IMG/VR virus record: IMGVR_UViG_3300010357_002195
Location: 1-60,930 of that record
Reading direction: 5' to 3' (one strand)
DNA from: a virus
DNA length: 60,930 nucleotides
A model generated the notes under the pieces. It searched no databases, had not been told where the DNA came from, and saw only the letters and a list, made by a program, of their open reading frames with translations. Positions 10,124 through 19,400 of the stretch are shown piece after piece. The position numbers and the translations under genes are program-made. How positions within the stretch are numbered: the first letter of the stretch is position 1; each line of letters starts with the position of its first letter.

Positions 10124-10687
10124 ATGATTCTTAATAGTTTGAACAACCAGTTCGTCGTCCAATTTCCCAAGAATTTCTTTTATCCAGAAATCCATGCTAG
10201 GTGGGCTGATGTTGTTAAGAGGTTAAAGCTCCCTTATGAAACTGTTGAGGATTTTATAAATGCTTCAGTTCAGAGCATTAATTTTCCTGCTGTTGAACTT
10301 CCTACAGTTGAGCAAACACAGCATCAGTATAGAATCACCTATAGAGGGGGAAAAGAGCTTGAACCTGTTATAGATAAAAATCTTACTATAACTTTTAAAT
10401 TAACCGAGGGATTTATTTCATATTGGATCCTTTTTGAACAAATAGAAAAATTTGTAGAATATTCGCCAACTCAGCCATTTTGGCCTCCCATGTTTGTTTC
10501 TTTTCTTGATCATCATGGAATGGAATTAGTAGCCTTTACTTTTGAAAAAATTGTTCCTAAAAGTTTATCGCAATTTGAAATATCTTATGCTACAACAGCA
10601 GCCGAATTTAATACTTTTTCTTTAAATCTTGTATACAATAGATATAGGATTCAGAGAAGAGCTGGTCAAAATCAGAATAATATATAA
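10124..10687 (+). CDS. T4 gp3-like tail completion / tail-tube-fold protein
   Basis: VQSINFPAVEL...LTITFKLTEGFISYWILFEQI...FTFEKIVPKSLSQFEISY...FSLNLVYNRY pattern fits the tube/gp3 fold. Confidence 0.6.
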   Translation: MILNSLNNQFVVQFPKNFFYPEIHARWADVVKRLKLPYETVEDFINASVQSINFPAVELPTVEQTQHQYRITYRGGKELEPVIDKNLTITFKLTEGFISYWILFEQIEKFVEYSPTQPFWPPMFVSFLDHHGMELVAFTFEKIVPKSLSQFEISYATTAAEFNTFSLNLVYNRYRIQRRAGQNQNNI

Positions 10688-10706
10688 AAAGAAATAAAAG
10701 AATATC

Positions 10707-11078
10707 ATGGAAGAAAATACTAAATCCCGTCTTCAAGTAGAGGAATCAAAAGAAATCGATTTTCCCACTTATTATGATATTAAGTATTCCAGAAGCTCAA
10801 AGATATTTGAATCGGAAGAAATAAAAGATATGGAACCCGACCAGATACAAGAAGCAGAGAAAGCTTATTACCAAATTCTTGATAAGATTAAAAAAGGAGA
10901 AGAAATAGATGAAGGATTTCTCGGGGCTCTCGTTGGTGGTGCTGCAGGAGCTTTAGCTGGTCCTGCTATTGGTCGAGCTATTTGCAAAGCTCTTGGTATT
11001 GATGAAAATGGAACCTTAGGTAAATTAATAACTTCAAGATTAGTAACAACAGCTATTGGAATAGCTTTAGGAAAATAA
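10707..11078 (+). CDS. Acidic propeptide followed by a glycine-zipper hydrophobic peptide
   Basis: ...EEIDE then GFLGALVGGAAGALAGPAIG...TAIGIALGK. Confidence 0.65.
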   Translation: MEENTKSRLQVEESKEIDFPTYYDIKYSRSSKIFESEEIKDMEPDQIQEAEKAYYQILDKIKKGEEIDEGFLGALVGGAAGALAGPAIGRAICKALGIDENGTLGKLITSRLVTTAIGIALGK

Positions 11079-11117
11079 ATTTAAACAAATGCCAGCTGCA
11101 AAAGAAGAAAAGAATTT

Positions 11118-11333
11118 ATGGAAACTTTTCATGGAGAAATCATTCTTTTTATTGCAACATCCATTGGCTGGGTTGCAACTTCAACTTCTAATAAAACAAA
11201 AACAAAAGTGGTTTTAGAAGAAACCATTGAATCTGTTAATGAATTAAAAGCAGAATTAAAAGAGATCAATAAAACTCTTCAAAAACAAGCTGAATTAAAT
11301 GGCCAGATCATTCAATATATGAAACAACAATGA
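11118..11333 (+). CDS. Small TM plus coiled-coil protein (holin-like?)
   Basis: Short hydrophobic stretch then a heptad coiled coil. The start is uncertain. Confidence 0.4.
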   Translation: METFHGEIILFIATSIGWVATSTSNKTKTKVVLEETIESVNELKAELKEINKTLQKQAELNGQIIQYMKQQ

Positions 11334-11644
11334 AAAAACTAGTATTTTTATTTTTAGTAATTTTTCTTTATGGATGTGGAGGGTCATATCAAAAAGCTGA
11401 GATGGTGACTTCTGATTCGCTAGCATTTTCTTTGGATACAATTGAGTATGCATTGCAATCTGAAGAAATATCATTCCCATCAGAAACTCTTATTGTTATT
11501 ACAGATACTTTTAAAAAAGAACAAAAAAGAATCACGGATTTAAGAATAGATACTACTTCGAATTTAGATCGTATAATAAAAAATAAGGAATTAATTGATT
11601 ATCAGCAAAAACAATTAGACTCCTTATTAATAAAAAAGAGATAA
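11330..11644 (+). CDS. Lipoprotein (possible outer spanin)
   Basis: MKKLVFLFLVIFLYGC lipobox signal with a C-terminal coiled coil. Confidence 0.6.
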   Translation: MKKLVFLFLVIFLYGCGGSYQKAEMVTSDSLAFSLDTIEYALQSEEISFPSETLIVITDTFKKEQKRITDLRIDTTSNLDRIIKNKELIDYQQKQLDSLLIKKR

Positions 11645-11664
11645 CCCTTTAAATCCCTAATTTA

Positions 11665-12282
11665 ATGAATACAATAATTGGTTTTGATTTTTCAATCAAT
11701 AAACCTGCCGCTTGTTTATACCAAAACGGAAAATATACTTTTTATTCTTGGCCTTTTGATCTTAGCGATAAGATTAAAAAAATCTATCGCGACGCGGGCA
11801 TAAATCTTATAGATAGGAGAGATCAAAAATATAAAGGGAAGGATTCTTCAGAAAAAATGCGTTGGGAAGTATCTAACTCCATGTATCTTTCCGATTTAAT
11901 TATTACTAGTTTGCCAAATGGTGAGATGAAAAAATGGCAAATAGTTTTTGAAGGGTTATCATTTAATTCCTCCGGTAATATGGGTATCCAATTGGGTGGT
12001 TATAAGTATATGCTTATGAGGGATCTTTTTGACAATTGTATCCCATTTGAAAACATGACTACTTATGCTCCTATCACAATAAAGAAAACTGCAGGATGTT
12101 CGGGGAAAGGGAAAACTAAAAAAGATATGATAGATGCTTTTGTTCGAACTTCCTGTCCTTTTGCACAAATAATTTTTTCTAACCCTTCTTTATTTCAAAA
12201 GAAAACAGGTACCTGGATAGATCATTTAGATGATTTGGTTGACGCTTATTGGGCTGTACAAACTTATTTAGAAAAAAATTAA
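11665..12282 (+). CDS. ruvC: RuvC-like Holliday junction resolvase
   Basis: IIGFDFS, IVFEG, YAPITIKKTAG...KKDMI and DDLVDAY catalytic pattern. Confidence 0.8.
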   Translation: MNTIIGFDFSINKPAACLYQNGKYTFYSWPFDLSDKIKKIYRDAGINLIDRRDQKYKGKDSSEKMRWEVSNSMYLSDLIITSLPNGEMKKWQIVFEGLSFNSSGNMGIQLGGYKYMLMRDLFDNCIPFENMTTYAPITIKKTAGCSGKGKTKKDMIDAFVRTSCPFAQIIFSNPSLFQKKTGTWIDHLDDLVDAYWAVQTYLEKN

Positions 12283-12360
12283 TAAGGTTGCCAGCGCTTT
12301 TCCCCTAATTGATCTTCTAACTCTTTTACAATGGGCTCCGGCCAATGTATGAAATCGGGA

Positions 12361-13203
12361 TCAGTGTTTTCTGTATTTGCCCAGTCCCTTCCAAATCATC
12401 TGCGGAAGAATAGCTGCATTACCAATTCTCATTGAAGATTTAGGATCAATTCCTCTTTCAAAATTGACAGATTCTTTTAATTTATTAGGATTGAATTTAA
12501 TTTTTAAAATAGCATCATCGCTTGCCCCCGAAGAATTTACATCTAGAGGTTCATAGGAGATTAATTCAAAATATGGATCGTTTTCAAAAAATTCCCTTAC
12601 TGTTCTATTCCAAAAAACACTACGTGTAAGAAGATGAGCAAAAAATACATCGCCATCCCCGGTTTTTTTGTCCTGATGAAAATATGAATATCTGGATATT
12701 ACCCCGGGAAAATATTTTTTGAATTTTTCCTCCATATCTTGAAGAAGTTCGGTCATTCCTATTTTTAAGGCTTTTTTCGGAAAATTTCCCCTTTCAAAAT
12801 TTAATCCTTCTTTAATAGGATTTCCAAAATGCTTTTGGAAAATTTCTTCCGGATCCATCCTTTCTACCTGTTCATTTTCAAATTTAGTTGTTGGATCAAA
12901 AAAGGTAAGTCCATTCCGAAGACTGAATTCAACACGAACCCCATGAATACCATCCCCTAAAGTATTTCTCTGGGCAATTCTTATTTTATCCTCGTTATCA
13001 TTTGAAAAAACTAATTTAATAGGGGCCTCAAGATCCTCTTCATCCATTTTAAACCCATATTTGTCTAAATAAGGTTTTAATTTTATAAGTGCTTTTGAAA
13101 CCCCATCACCAAATTCATTGGAATATTTTCCAAATCCGATTTTTAAGGAAGCTTTTGGATCCTGCCCTCTTTCAAAATTCAATGATTCCTGAACTAACTT
13201 CAT
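12361..13203 (-). CDS. Three-module FERG-tag protein, possibly frameshifted near its 3' end
   Basis: Tags ESLNFERGQDPKASLKIG, EGLNFERGNFPKKALKIG and ESVNFERGIDPKSSMRIG. GAATAAATAA at 13218-13227. Confidence 0.75.
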   Translation of the reverse strand: MKLVQESLNFERGQDPKASLKIGFGKYSNEFGDGVSKALIKLKPYLDKYGFKMDEEDLEAPIKLVFSNDNEDKIRIAQRNTLGDGIHGVRVEFSLRNGLTFFDPTTKFENEQVERMDPEEIFQKHFGNPIKEGLNFERGNFPKKALKIGMTELLQDMEEKFKKYFPGVISRYSYFHQDKKTGDGDVFFAHLLTRSVFWNRTVREFFENDPYFELISYEPLDVNSSGASDDAILKIKFNPNKLKESVNFERGIDPKSSMRIGNAAILPQMIWKGLGKYRKH

Positions 13204-13421
13204 TAAGGAGTTTTTCTTTATTTATTCTCTTTCTCTTAAAGGAGATTCTTTCTTTCTCTCTTGGGCACTTATTATATGACCCCCCTTGAAATAGTTTTTA
13301 TATCCTCGTTAAGATTTAGTTAATTTTTAAGAATTTAACTCAGGCGTTAAAACCTCGTTAAGGAATAATCTTTTGCTCTTTTATGAGTATAATAACAAAT
13401 AAATAGCGAAAATATATTATT

Positions 13422-13748
13422 ATGAATTCAGAATCCGCACAGGTGTTTTTAAATAAAATGAAAGACCGATTAGCAAAAGGGGAATTTGATAAAGAAATCA
13501 ATGTTCCTTTTATGAAGAGAGAATCGGTATATGCTTCAATTAAAGCAAGGGTAACTAAAAAACTTGAAACAGGAGCAACTCCTCTTCTTTCGGAGGGGGA
13601 AATAAAAGATGCTATTCAAGATGCAAAAGAAGTTGCTGCAATATCATTATCTTTATTTTCAAAAATTGGGTTGGTAGAGAAAACTGAAGAAGGATGGATA
13701 ATTACTTCGGCAGGAGAAAAACTTTTAAAACATGTTAGCCCCGTCTAA
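13422..13748 (+). CDS. Hypothetical protein with possible winged-helix C-terminus
   Basis: LFSKIGLVEKTEEGWIITSAGEKLL resembles a wHTH wing. Confidence 0.45.
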   Translation: MNSESAQVFLNKMKDRLAKGEFDKEINVPFMKRESVYASIKARVTKKLETGATPLLSEGEIKDAIQDAKEVAAISLSLFSKIGLVEKTEEGWIITSAGEKLLKHVSPV

Positions 13749-14160
13749 TATAAAAATTTCTTTTGATTTCGACGGAACACTGGATAGAAAAAGCATTCAG
13801 AATTATGCCAAGGAATTAATAGAAAAAGGATATGAGGTTTGGATAGTAACTTCAAGATTTGGAGATAATAAAAAATATCAAGAATTTTTCCAGACTTCAA
13901 TCAATGTGGATATTACCAATAATGATTTAAAGGAAGTTGCTAATTCCTCGGGCATTCCCGAAGAAAGAATTCATTTTACAAACATGGATGATAAGTGGCC
14001 CTTCCTAAAGTTCCATGATGATTTCTTGTGGCATATTGATGATGATTGGATAGAAAATAAAAATATTCTTAAATATACAAAAACAAAAGCTATTAGTTCC
14101 TTGGGGGCTAATTGGAAATCCAAATGCGAAAGGTTAATAAAGAAAAAATTGATGGAATAA
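13732..14160 (+). CDS. HAD-superfamily phosphatase
   Basis: ISFDFDGTL, WIVTSR and WHIDDD. Confidence 0.8.
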   Translation: MLAPSNIKISFDFDGTLDRKSIQNYAKELIEKGYEVWIVTSRFGDNKKYQEFFQTSINVDITNNDLKEVANSSGIPEERIHFTNMDDKWPFLKFHDDFLWHIDDDWIENKNILKYTKTKAISSLGANWKSKCERLIKKKLME

Positions 14161-14171
14161 ATAAAATAAAA

Positions 14172-14990
14172 ATGTCATCATCATTTCCTTTCAATTGGTT
14201 CTTTTTTCCGTTTAAAAACGATTGGAAATTTTATGAGCATACCCCAGAAGCATCTACTTCTGAAACTAAAATAATTTCCAATATGTGGTCAGATTTAAAA
14301 CCCATAGAACTTCATAAAATAAAAGTTGTTCCCTTCCCGGAGAAGGATTATTTCAAAGAAGAATTTACTAAAAAACAAATTGTATTACATCATACCGTAA
14401 GTGGCAATGGTGTATCGGGAGATATAGCCACTTGGGAAGATGATAATGCTGTCGTAGGAACAGCTATTATTATTGATAGGGATGGAACTCCTTATCAATT
14501 GTTTTCATCCAAATATTGGGCTTGGCATCTCGGAATAGGAAATAAAGCAAGAGACAGCCAATCTATAGGAATTGAAATTGATAACTGGGGATACTTAATT
14601 CCTGGTGATGGAACAATTAAACAATTTGGTAAAAAAGCTGATGGAACCCCTAAAATGATTCAGACGGAGGTAGGAAAATACTATACTTACTATGGTAATG
14701 CAGTTGATGTTCCAATGCAATATTATCCAAATGGATTTAGGGGATATAATTATTATGAAAAATATACCCTTGAGCAAATCAGAACAGCAGGGGAATTAAT
14801 CCTTTTCTGGAAAGATAAGTATGGTATCCCTGTAAAATATAACGAAGATATGTGGGATGTTTCCCAAAAGGCTCTTTCCGGGGAACCAGGGGTATGGACA
14901 CATGTTTCTTATCGTCCAGCAAATGCAAAAACAGATTTACATCCGCAGCCTGAAGTTATCGAAATGCTCAAAACTTTATCAAATCTGTGA
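14172..14990 (+). CDS. N-acetylmuramoyl-L-alanine amidase (endolysin, Amidase_2 type)
   Basis: IVLHHT, WAWHLG, SIGIEIDNWG and THVSYRP...TDLHP. Late-type motif at 14155-14164. Confidence 0.85.
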   Translation: MSSSFPFNWFFFPFKNDWKFYEHTPEASTSETKIISNMWSDLKPIELHKIKVVPFPEKDYFKEEFTKKQIVLHHTVSGNGVSGDIATWEDDNAVVGTAIIIDRDGTPYQLFSSKYWAWHLGIGNKARDSQSIGIEIDNWGYLIPGDGTIKQFGKKADGTPKMIQTEVGKYYTYYGNAVDVPMQYYPNGFRGYNYYEKYTLEQIRTAGELILFWKDKYGIPVKYNEDMWDVSQKALSGEPGVWTHVSYRPANAKTDLHPQPEVIEMLKTLSNL

Positions 14991-15030
14991 AACCGAGATA
15001 TGGTTGATGAATATATAAATAAAATCAGCC

Positions 15031-15897
15031 ATGAAAGAAATTCGAAAATCCAAAAATAATTTGTTTATCTGTGAAGAGTGTGATAAAACGTTTAAATTAA
15101 AACATTCTTTAAGTGCCCATATAAATCAGTTTCATAATGGCAAAGAATATTATGACAAATGGTTAAAAGAGAAGGATGAGGGATTTTGTGAAATCTGCGG
15201 AAAGGAAACTCAATATTCGAAAAGATGGGATAGAGGATACAAAAAAACTTGTTCTGATAATTGTTTAAATAAACATTTAAAAATAAAATTTGACAAAAAA
15301 AATCTTTCAGAAAAAGAAATTATAAAAGAAAAAAGAGAAAAAACTAATCTTGAAAGATTTAAAACAAAAAATCCATATTCCTCCAAAGAAATAAAAGAAA
15401 AAATTCAGGCAACTAATATGAAAAATCTAGGGGTTTTATATCCTGGACAATCAAATTTAGTAAAAGAAAAAATAAAGAAAACATTTTTGAAAAAATTCGG
15501 ATATGAAAACCCCCAACAAAATCCGGATATTTTTAAAAAGACCCAAACCTCTCAATTAAAATATAAAAGATACAATAATACTGATTTGATTTATCAGGGT
15601 TCTTATGAATTAGATTTCCTAGAAAATTTTTATAATCTTATTGAAATAAAAAATGCCCCTTATATAAAATATAAATTTAATGGGGTTTCAAAAGTATATC
15701 ATCCAGATTTTTTTATTCCAGATTTAAATCTTATTATTGAAATAAAAAGTTCTTATTACTTTAATAAATATAGAAAATTAAACTTAGCAAAAGAAAAAAG
15801 CGTTATTAATACGGGATATAAATATTTAATAATAATTGATAAAAATTATACAAATTTTAAAAATGAAATTTCAAGGTTTCTTACAATGGCTAAATGA
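15031..15897 (+). mobile_element. Putative free-standing homing endonuclease (zinc finger + PD-(D/E)xK)
   Basis: CEECD...HINQFH, CEICG...CSDNC and YQGSYELDF...YHPDFFIPDLNLIIEIK. Paralog of 9159..10094. Confidence 0.7.
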
Positions 15898-16498
15898 ATC
15901 AGATTCCTCTTCTAAAGAAGAAAAATTCGGATGTATTATGATGGATGCTGATATAAAAAACTGGAAAGAATATCATACAGCTGGAATAGAAGAAGATGAT
16001 GTTTTTATTAAACCTTATGATGATTCGTATGGATTAGAAGAAAACCCTCATGTAACTATTCTCTATGGAATTCACGAAGAAGAAGTAGATCCTCAGAGAA
16101 TGGGGGAAATGCTTGAATATTACATGAAACCTGTAACTTTAACTGTAAGTGAAATAGGAGTTTTTGAAGGAAAAGAATATGATGTGGTAAAATATAATTT
16201 ACCTTTGACAGGGCAATTGCAAAAATATAGAGATATTTTTATGCAAATACCAAATACACAAAGTTTTCCTGATTATCATCCTCACATGACAATCGCTTAT
16301 GTAAAACCAGGAGAAGGAAAGAAATATGCTATGAAATTAAAGGAGCCTTTCCAAGTTAATTTTACTAAAGGTGTTTATTCATGGCATCCAGATAAAGAAA
16401 ATGATCCAGATAGAACTTCAAGAAAAGTTGTTAATCTAGTTAAAAAAGAAAAAGAACCAATCGATGCCATACCTGCAGATCTTCCGCAACAGGTCTAA
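15863..16498 (+). CDS. 2H phosphoesterase (T4 gp57B/Acb1-like) with a capsid-targeting-like leader
   Basis: Two HxT motifs, PHVTILYG and YHPHMTIAY. N-terminus MKFQGFLQWLNE. Confidence 0.75.
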   Translation: MKFQGFLQWLNESDSSSKEEKFGCIMMDADIKNWKEYHTAGIEEDDVFIKPYDDSYGLEENPHVTILYGIHEEEVDPQRMGEMLEYYMKPVTLTVSEIGVFEGKEYDVVKYNLPLTGQLQKYRDIFMQIPNTQSFPDYHPHMTIAYVKPGEGKKYAMKLKEPFQVNFTKGVYSWHPDKENDPDRTSRKVVNLVKKEKEPIDAIPADLPQQV

Positions 16499-16538
16499 TG
16501 ACTTTTATAATTATTCGATTTTTTAACAAAACCATAAC

Positions 16539-16578
16539 GGGATAGGAATAAAACTTATCCCTTTTTTGCGTATATTTA
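16539..16578 (+). promoter_or_regulatory. Overlapping terminator hairpin and promoter-like element
   Basis: GGGATAG...TTATCCC followed by a T-run. AAAACT at 16550 and TATATTTA at 16571. Confidence 0.45.
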
Positions 16579-16592
16579 CAAAAAATAGTTTT

Positions 16593-17435
16593 ATGGGGGG
16601 TAATGCAATTCATCTTTCCCGGCCTGTCTCATTTGAAGAAGCCGAATTAACAATTCAATGGTTAAAAAGACATATTCTTCCTTATGTAAATTTTACAGAG
16701 GACGAAATGGCTATTTTAGGTTCTTATGGAAAGAAGCCTGATGGCGAATTTTATAACGATATTGATATTGCTGTTCAAATATCTCATTTAGAGTTATTTC
16801 CAAATGCTACCCAAAGACTTGCCGGATGGCTTCAAAGCTGGGGTTATTCTGTAAAACTAAATCCGGGATTTGGAATTTGTTCATTTGGATGCCCAATAGG
16901 AGGTAAATCCGAAAATGGATATGTCCAAATAGATTTCATGTTAACCTATAATTTATCCTGGTCAACTTTTATTTACCATTCCCCTGATTTCAGGAAGGGC
17001 GAATCTAAATACAAAGGACTTTATCGAAATATTCTTTTAATGGCTCTCATTACTGAACCCGAAAAAGAAATTATTAAAATTACTCCGGAAGGGGGGATAG
17101 AAGAAATTGAGGTCAACATATTAAGATACCCGAGGGGCGTGTGGCGCGTACGTAAAAATTTCATGGGTAAAAAAGGAAAACTTGTAAAGAATGGGAAAAA
17201 TGTTGAAAGCTCTGAAATGTTTGTCACAAATGAGCCCTCGGAGATTTTAGATATGACAGTTGGCAATGAATTTATTCCCTCTGATATTGATACATTTGAA
17301 AAGCTTTGGGATATAGTTATGTCCCCTAATTTTAAGTGGATAAATAAACGAGAAGGCATTATCAATCGATTTGTTGAATGTCTTGAAGAGCAAAAACTCT
17401 TTATACCAAAAGAAGTAGAAGAATGGAAAAAGTAA
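16593..17435 (+). CDS. Pol-beta-superfamily nucleotidyltransferase
   Basis: MGGNA start, ILGSYGKK...NDIDIAV (GS...DxD) and third aspartate in YVQIDFM. Confidence 0.75.
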   Translation: MGGNAIHLSRPVSFEEAELTIQWLKRHILPYVNFTEDEMAILGSYGKKPDGEFYNDIDIAVQISHLELFPNATQRLAGWLQSWGYSVKLNPGFGICSFGCPIGGKSENGYVQIDFMLTYNLSWSTFIYHSPDFRKGESKYKGLYRNILLMALITEPEKEIIKITPEGGIEEIEVNILRYPRGVWRVRKNFMGKKGKLVKNGKNVESSEMFVTNEPSEILDMTVGNEFIPSDIDTFEKLWDIVMSPNFKWINKREGIINRFVECLEEQKLFIPKEVEEWKK

Positions 17436-18220
17436 CTGTTTTATATCCAGGTTCGTTCAAACCATGTCATGGAGGTCATATAGATCTTATAAGAAAATAT
17501 GCTGAACTTCCGGAAGTAAAAGAAATCTGGGTTCTTGTTGGGCCTGGAGTTCGTGATGGCATTGTTCAAGATCAGGCGGTTAAAATGCTTGAAAAATTAA
17601 CTGAGGATATTAAAAAAGTAGTTGTTCAAGGAGTTCCCTGGCCTTCCCCTGTATTAGCAGCTTATAAAATTATTCAAGAGGCAGATAAAGGTTCTTATAC
17701 TCTTGCAGCTTCCAGCAAAGAAGAAGAAAATGCTAAAAGGATTACTGATTTCGCATGGAAGCATTCTCCAGAAGGAAAATTCTATAAAGAGGGAATTGAT
17801 ATAGTTCAATTATCTGTAAATATTGAGCCGCTGCTATTTCAGGGTCGCTCGGATGAGCATAATGGGGAGCCTATTTCAGCAACTGTTCTTAGACAGGATC
17901 TTGTTGAAGGGAATATTGAAAATTTTATGACAGGTTATCCTGATTCAACCGAAGAACAAATATCATTTATCTGGGATACTCTTGAACAAAATATTGTTTT
18001 ACCAGAAGATGATACTGTAAGTGATGATGCTGTAACAGAAGCTCTTCACACATCAGGAACACCTACAGAAAGTTCTCCTTTAGGATATGATCGTTATCAA
18101 GCAGGATATAATTATAAAGCACAATTTCCAATTGTAGAGGAAGAGGATGAAGATGAAGAACCTCTTAAAGACTGGGAATGGAACGAAAAAAAGAAAACTT
18201 GGATACGTAAAAGAATATAA
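17423..18220 (+). CDS. Cytidylyltransferase-like (HUP/HxGH) protein
   Basis: LYPGSFKPCHGGH and ISATVLRQ motifs. Confidence 0.8.
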   Translation: MEKVTVLYPGSFKPCHGGHIDLIRKYAELPEVKEIWVLVGPGVRDGIVQDQAVKMLEKLTEDIKKVVVQGVPWPSPVLAAYKIIQEADKGSYTLAASSKEEENAKRITDFAWKHSPEGKFYKEGIDIVQLSVNIEPLLFQGRSDEHNGEPISATVLRQDLVEGNIENFMTGYPDSTEEQISFIWDTLEQNIVLPEDDTVSDDAVTEALHTSGTPTESSPLGYDRYQAGYNYKAQFPIVEEEDEDEEPLKDWEWNEKKKTWIRKRI

Positions 18221-18221
18221 T

Positions 18222-19400
18222 ATGGCAGGTTCAGCCGGACACATCTTATCCCCCTGGGAAAATACAGATTTAACATTTGGACAAATAAGAGAAATAATTA
18301 CAAGAGCCTGTTCTGGTACTCTTGATAATCCTTCCGAAAAATTAGATGGGCAAAACATAATGGCCACTTATAAAAATGGTCATGTTTATATTGCTCGTAC
18401 CCCCAAGCAACTTCGAAACAACGGAGCTGAAGCTCTTCGATGGGATCTTGTGGGGGAATATATGAAAACACCAGAGTCCCGAGAAGCTTATTCTACAGCT
18501 GCTCAAGATTTACAAGTGATTTTTGTTCCAATAGAGGAAAAAATTCTCCAAAATTTCTTCTGTGATGGAAAATATTGGTTGAATATGGAATTACTGACTC
18601 CTTTAATGGAAAATATTATCCATTATGGAAAAAGCCAACTTCGAATTCATAATGTTCAAACGGAAGGAAAAATTGTCGATAGAAATCTAGACGAATTTTT
18701 AGAACTTATTAAAGATGCCCAGAATGGGGCAAAAACTACTTTTGATGTCGATAAAACTAATAAAGTTTCTTTTTCAGTTATAGATCCGTCTCTATTCCTT
18801 AATGAATTGGATGATTTAATGTATGAAAGAAATTTGGTAGAAGGAAATACTTTAAAAGATTTTCTAGCTATAGAATTTGAAGAATTTATAGATTTTGAAT
18901 TTAATATGTACAATGAAGAAGATCCAGGACTAAGAAGAGGGCTTATTCAAAGATGGGCATATTTTGACAAATCTAGAAATATCACGAAACTTTTAGTTGG
19001 GGTAAATTCAAGGTTAGCTACCTGGGTAAGAGAGGTGGATTCAACAATTGAAGAGACCCGAACTGAATTCCTTGAGATAATTATTGAACTCTTATCAAAA
19101 GTGGGGGTAAAAATTCTTCAAAACCTAAAAGATATTGCTTGCTCTAATCCAGAAGAATCCAAAAAAATCATATCTAATAAAGCGGAAACAGGGATAAATA
19201 AATTGAAAGAGTATAAAGGAGAAAAATCTGAAAACTTAAGAATTCAGTATGACAGATTTATTAGAGCTGGAGGATGGGATTCAATAGTTCCTGTAGAAGG
19301 AATTGTATTTAAATTTGAAGGAAACCTCTTTAAACTTACCGGAAGTTATCTTCCGCTACTTAAAATAATTAGCTTCTTCCGCTTTGGAAGAGATAAATAA
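18222..19400 (+). CDS. ATP-dependent ligase-like nucleotidyltransferase
   Basis: EKLDGQN (motif I), WLNMEL, and VEGIVFK...FKLTG (motifs IV-V). Start reassigned to MAGSAGH. Confidence 0.65.
   Translation: MAGSAGHILSPWENTDLTFGQIREIITRACSGTLDNPSEKLDGQNIMATYKNGHVYIARTPKQLRNNGAEALRWDLVGEYMKTPESREAYSTAAQDLQVIFVPIEEKILQNFFCDGKYWLNMELLTPLMENIIHYGKSQLRIHNVQTEGKIVDRNLDEFLELIKDAQNGAKTTFDVDKTNKVSFSVIDPSLFLNELDDLMYERNLVEGNTLKDFLAIEFEEFIDFEFNMYNEEDPGLRRGLIQRWAYFDKSRNITKLLVGVNSRLATWVREVDSTIEETRTEFLEIIIELLSKVGVKILQNLKDIACSNPEESKKIISNKAETGINKLKEYKGEKSENLRIQYDRFIRAGGWDSIVPVEGIVFKFEGNLFKLTGSYLPLLKIISFFRFGRDK

Noticed and set aside
11089-11217. Alternative ORF MPAAKEEKNLWKLF... that could join 11118..11333 by a -1 shift
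   Set aside because: The candidate slippery site (C TTT TTA) is weak and both starts are plausible. It cannot be resolved without reads or homologs.
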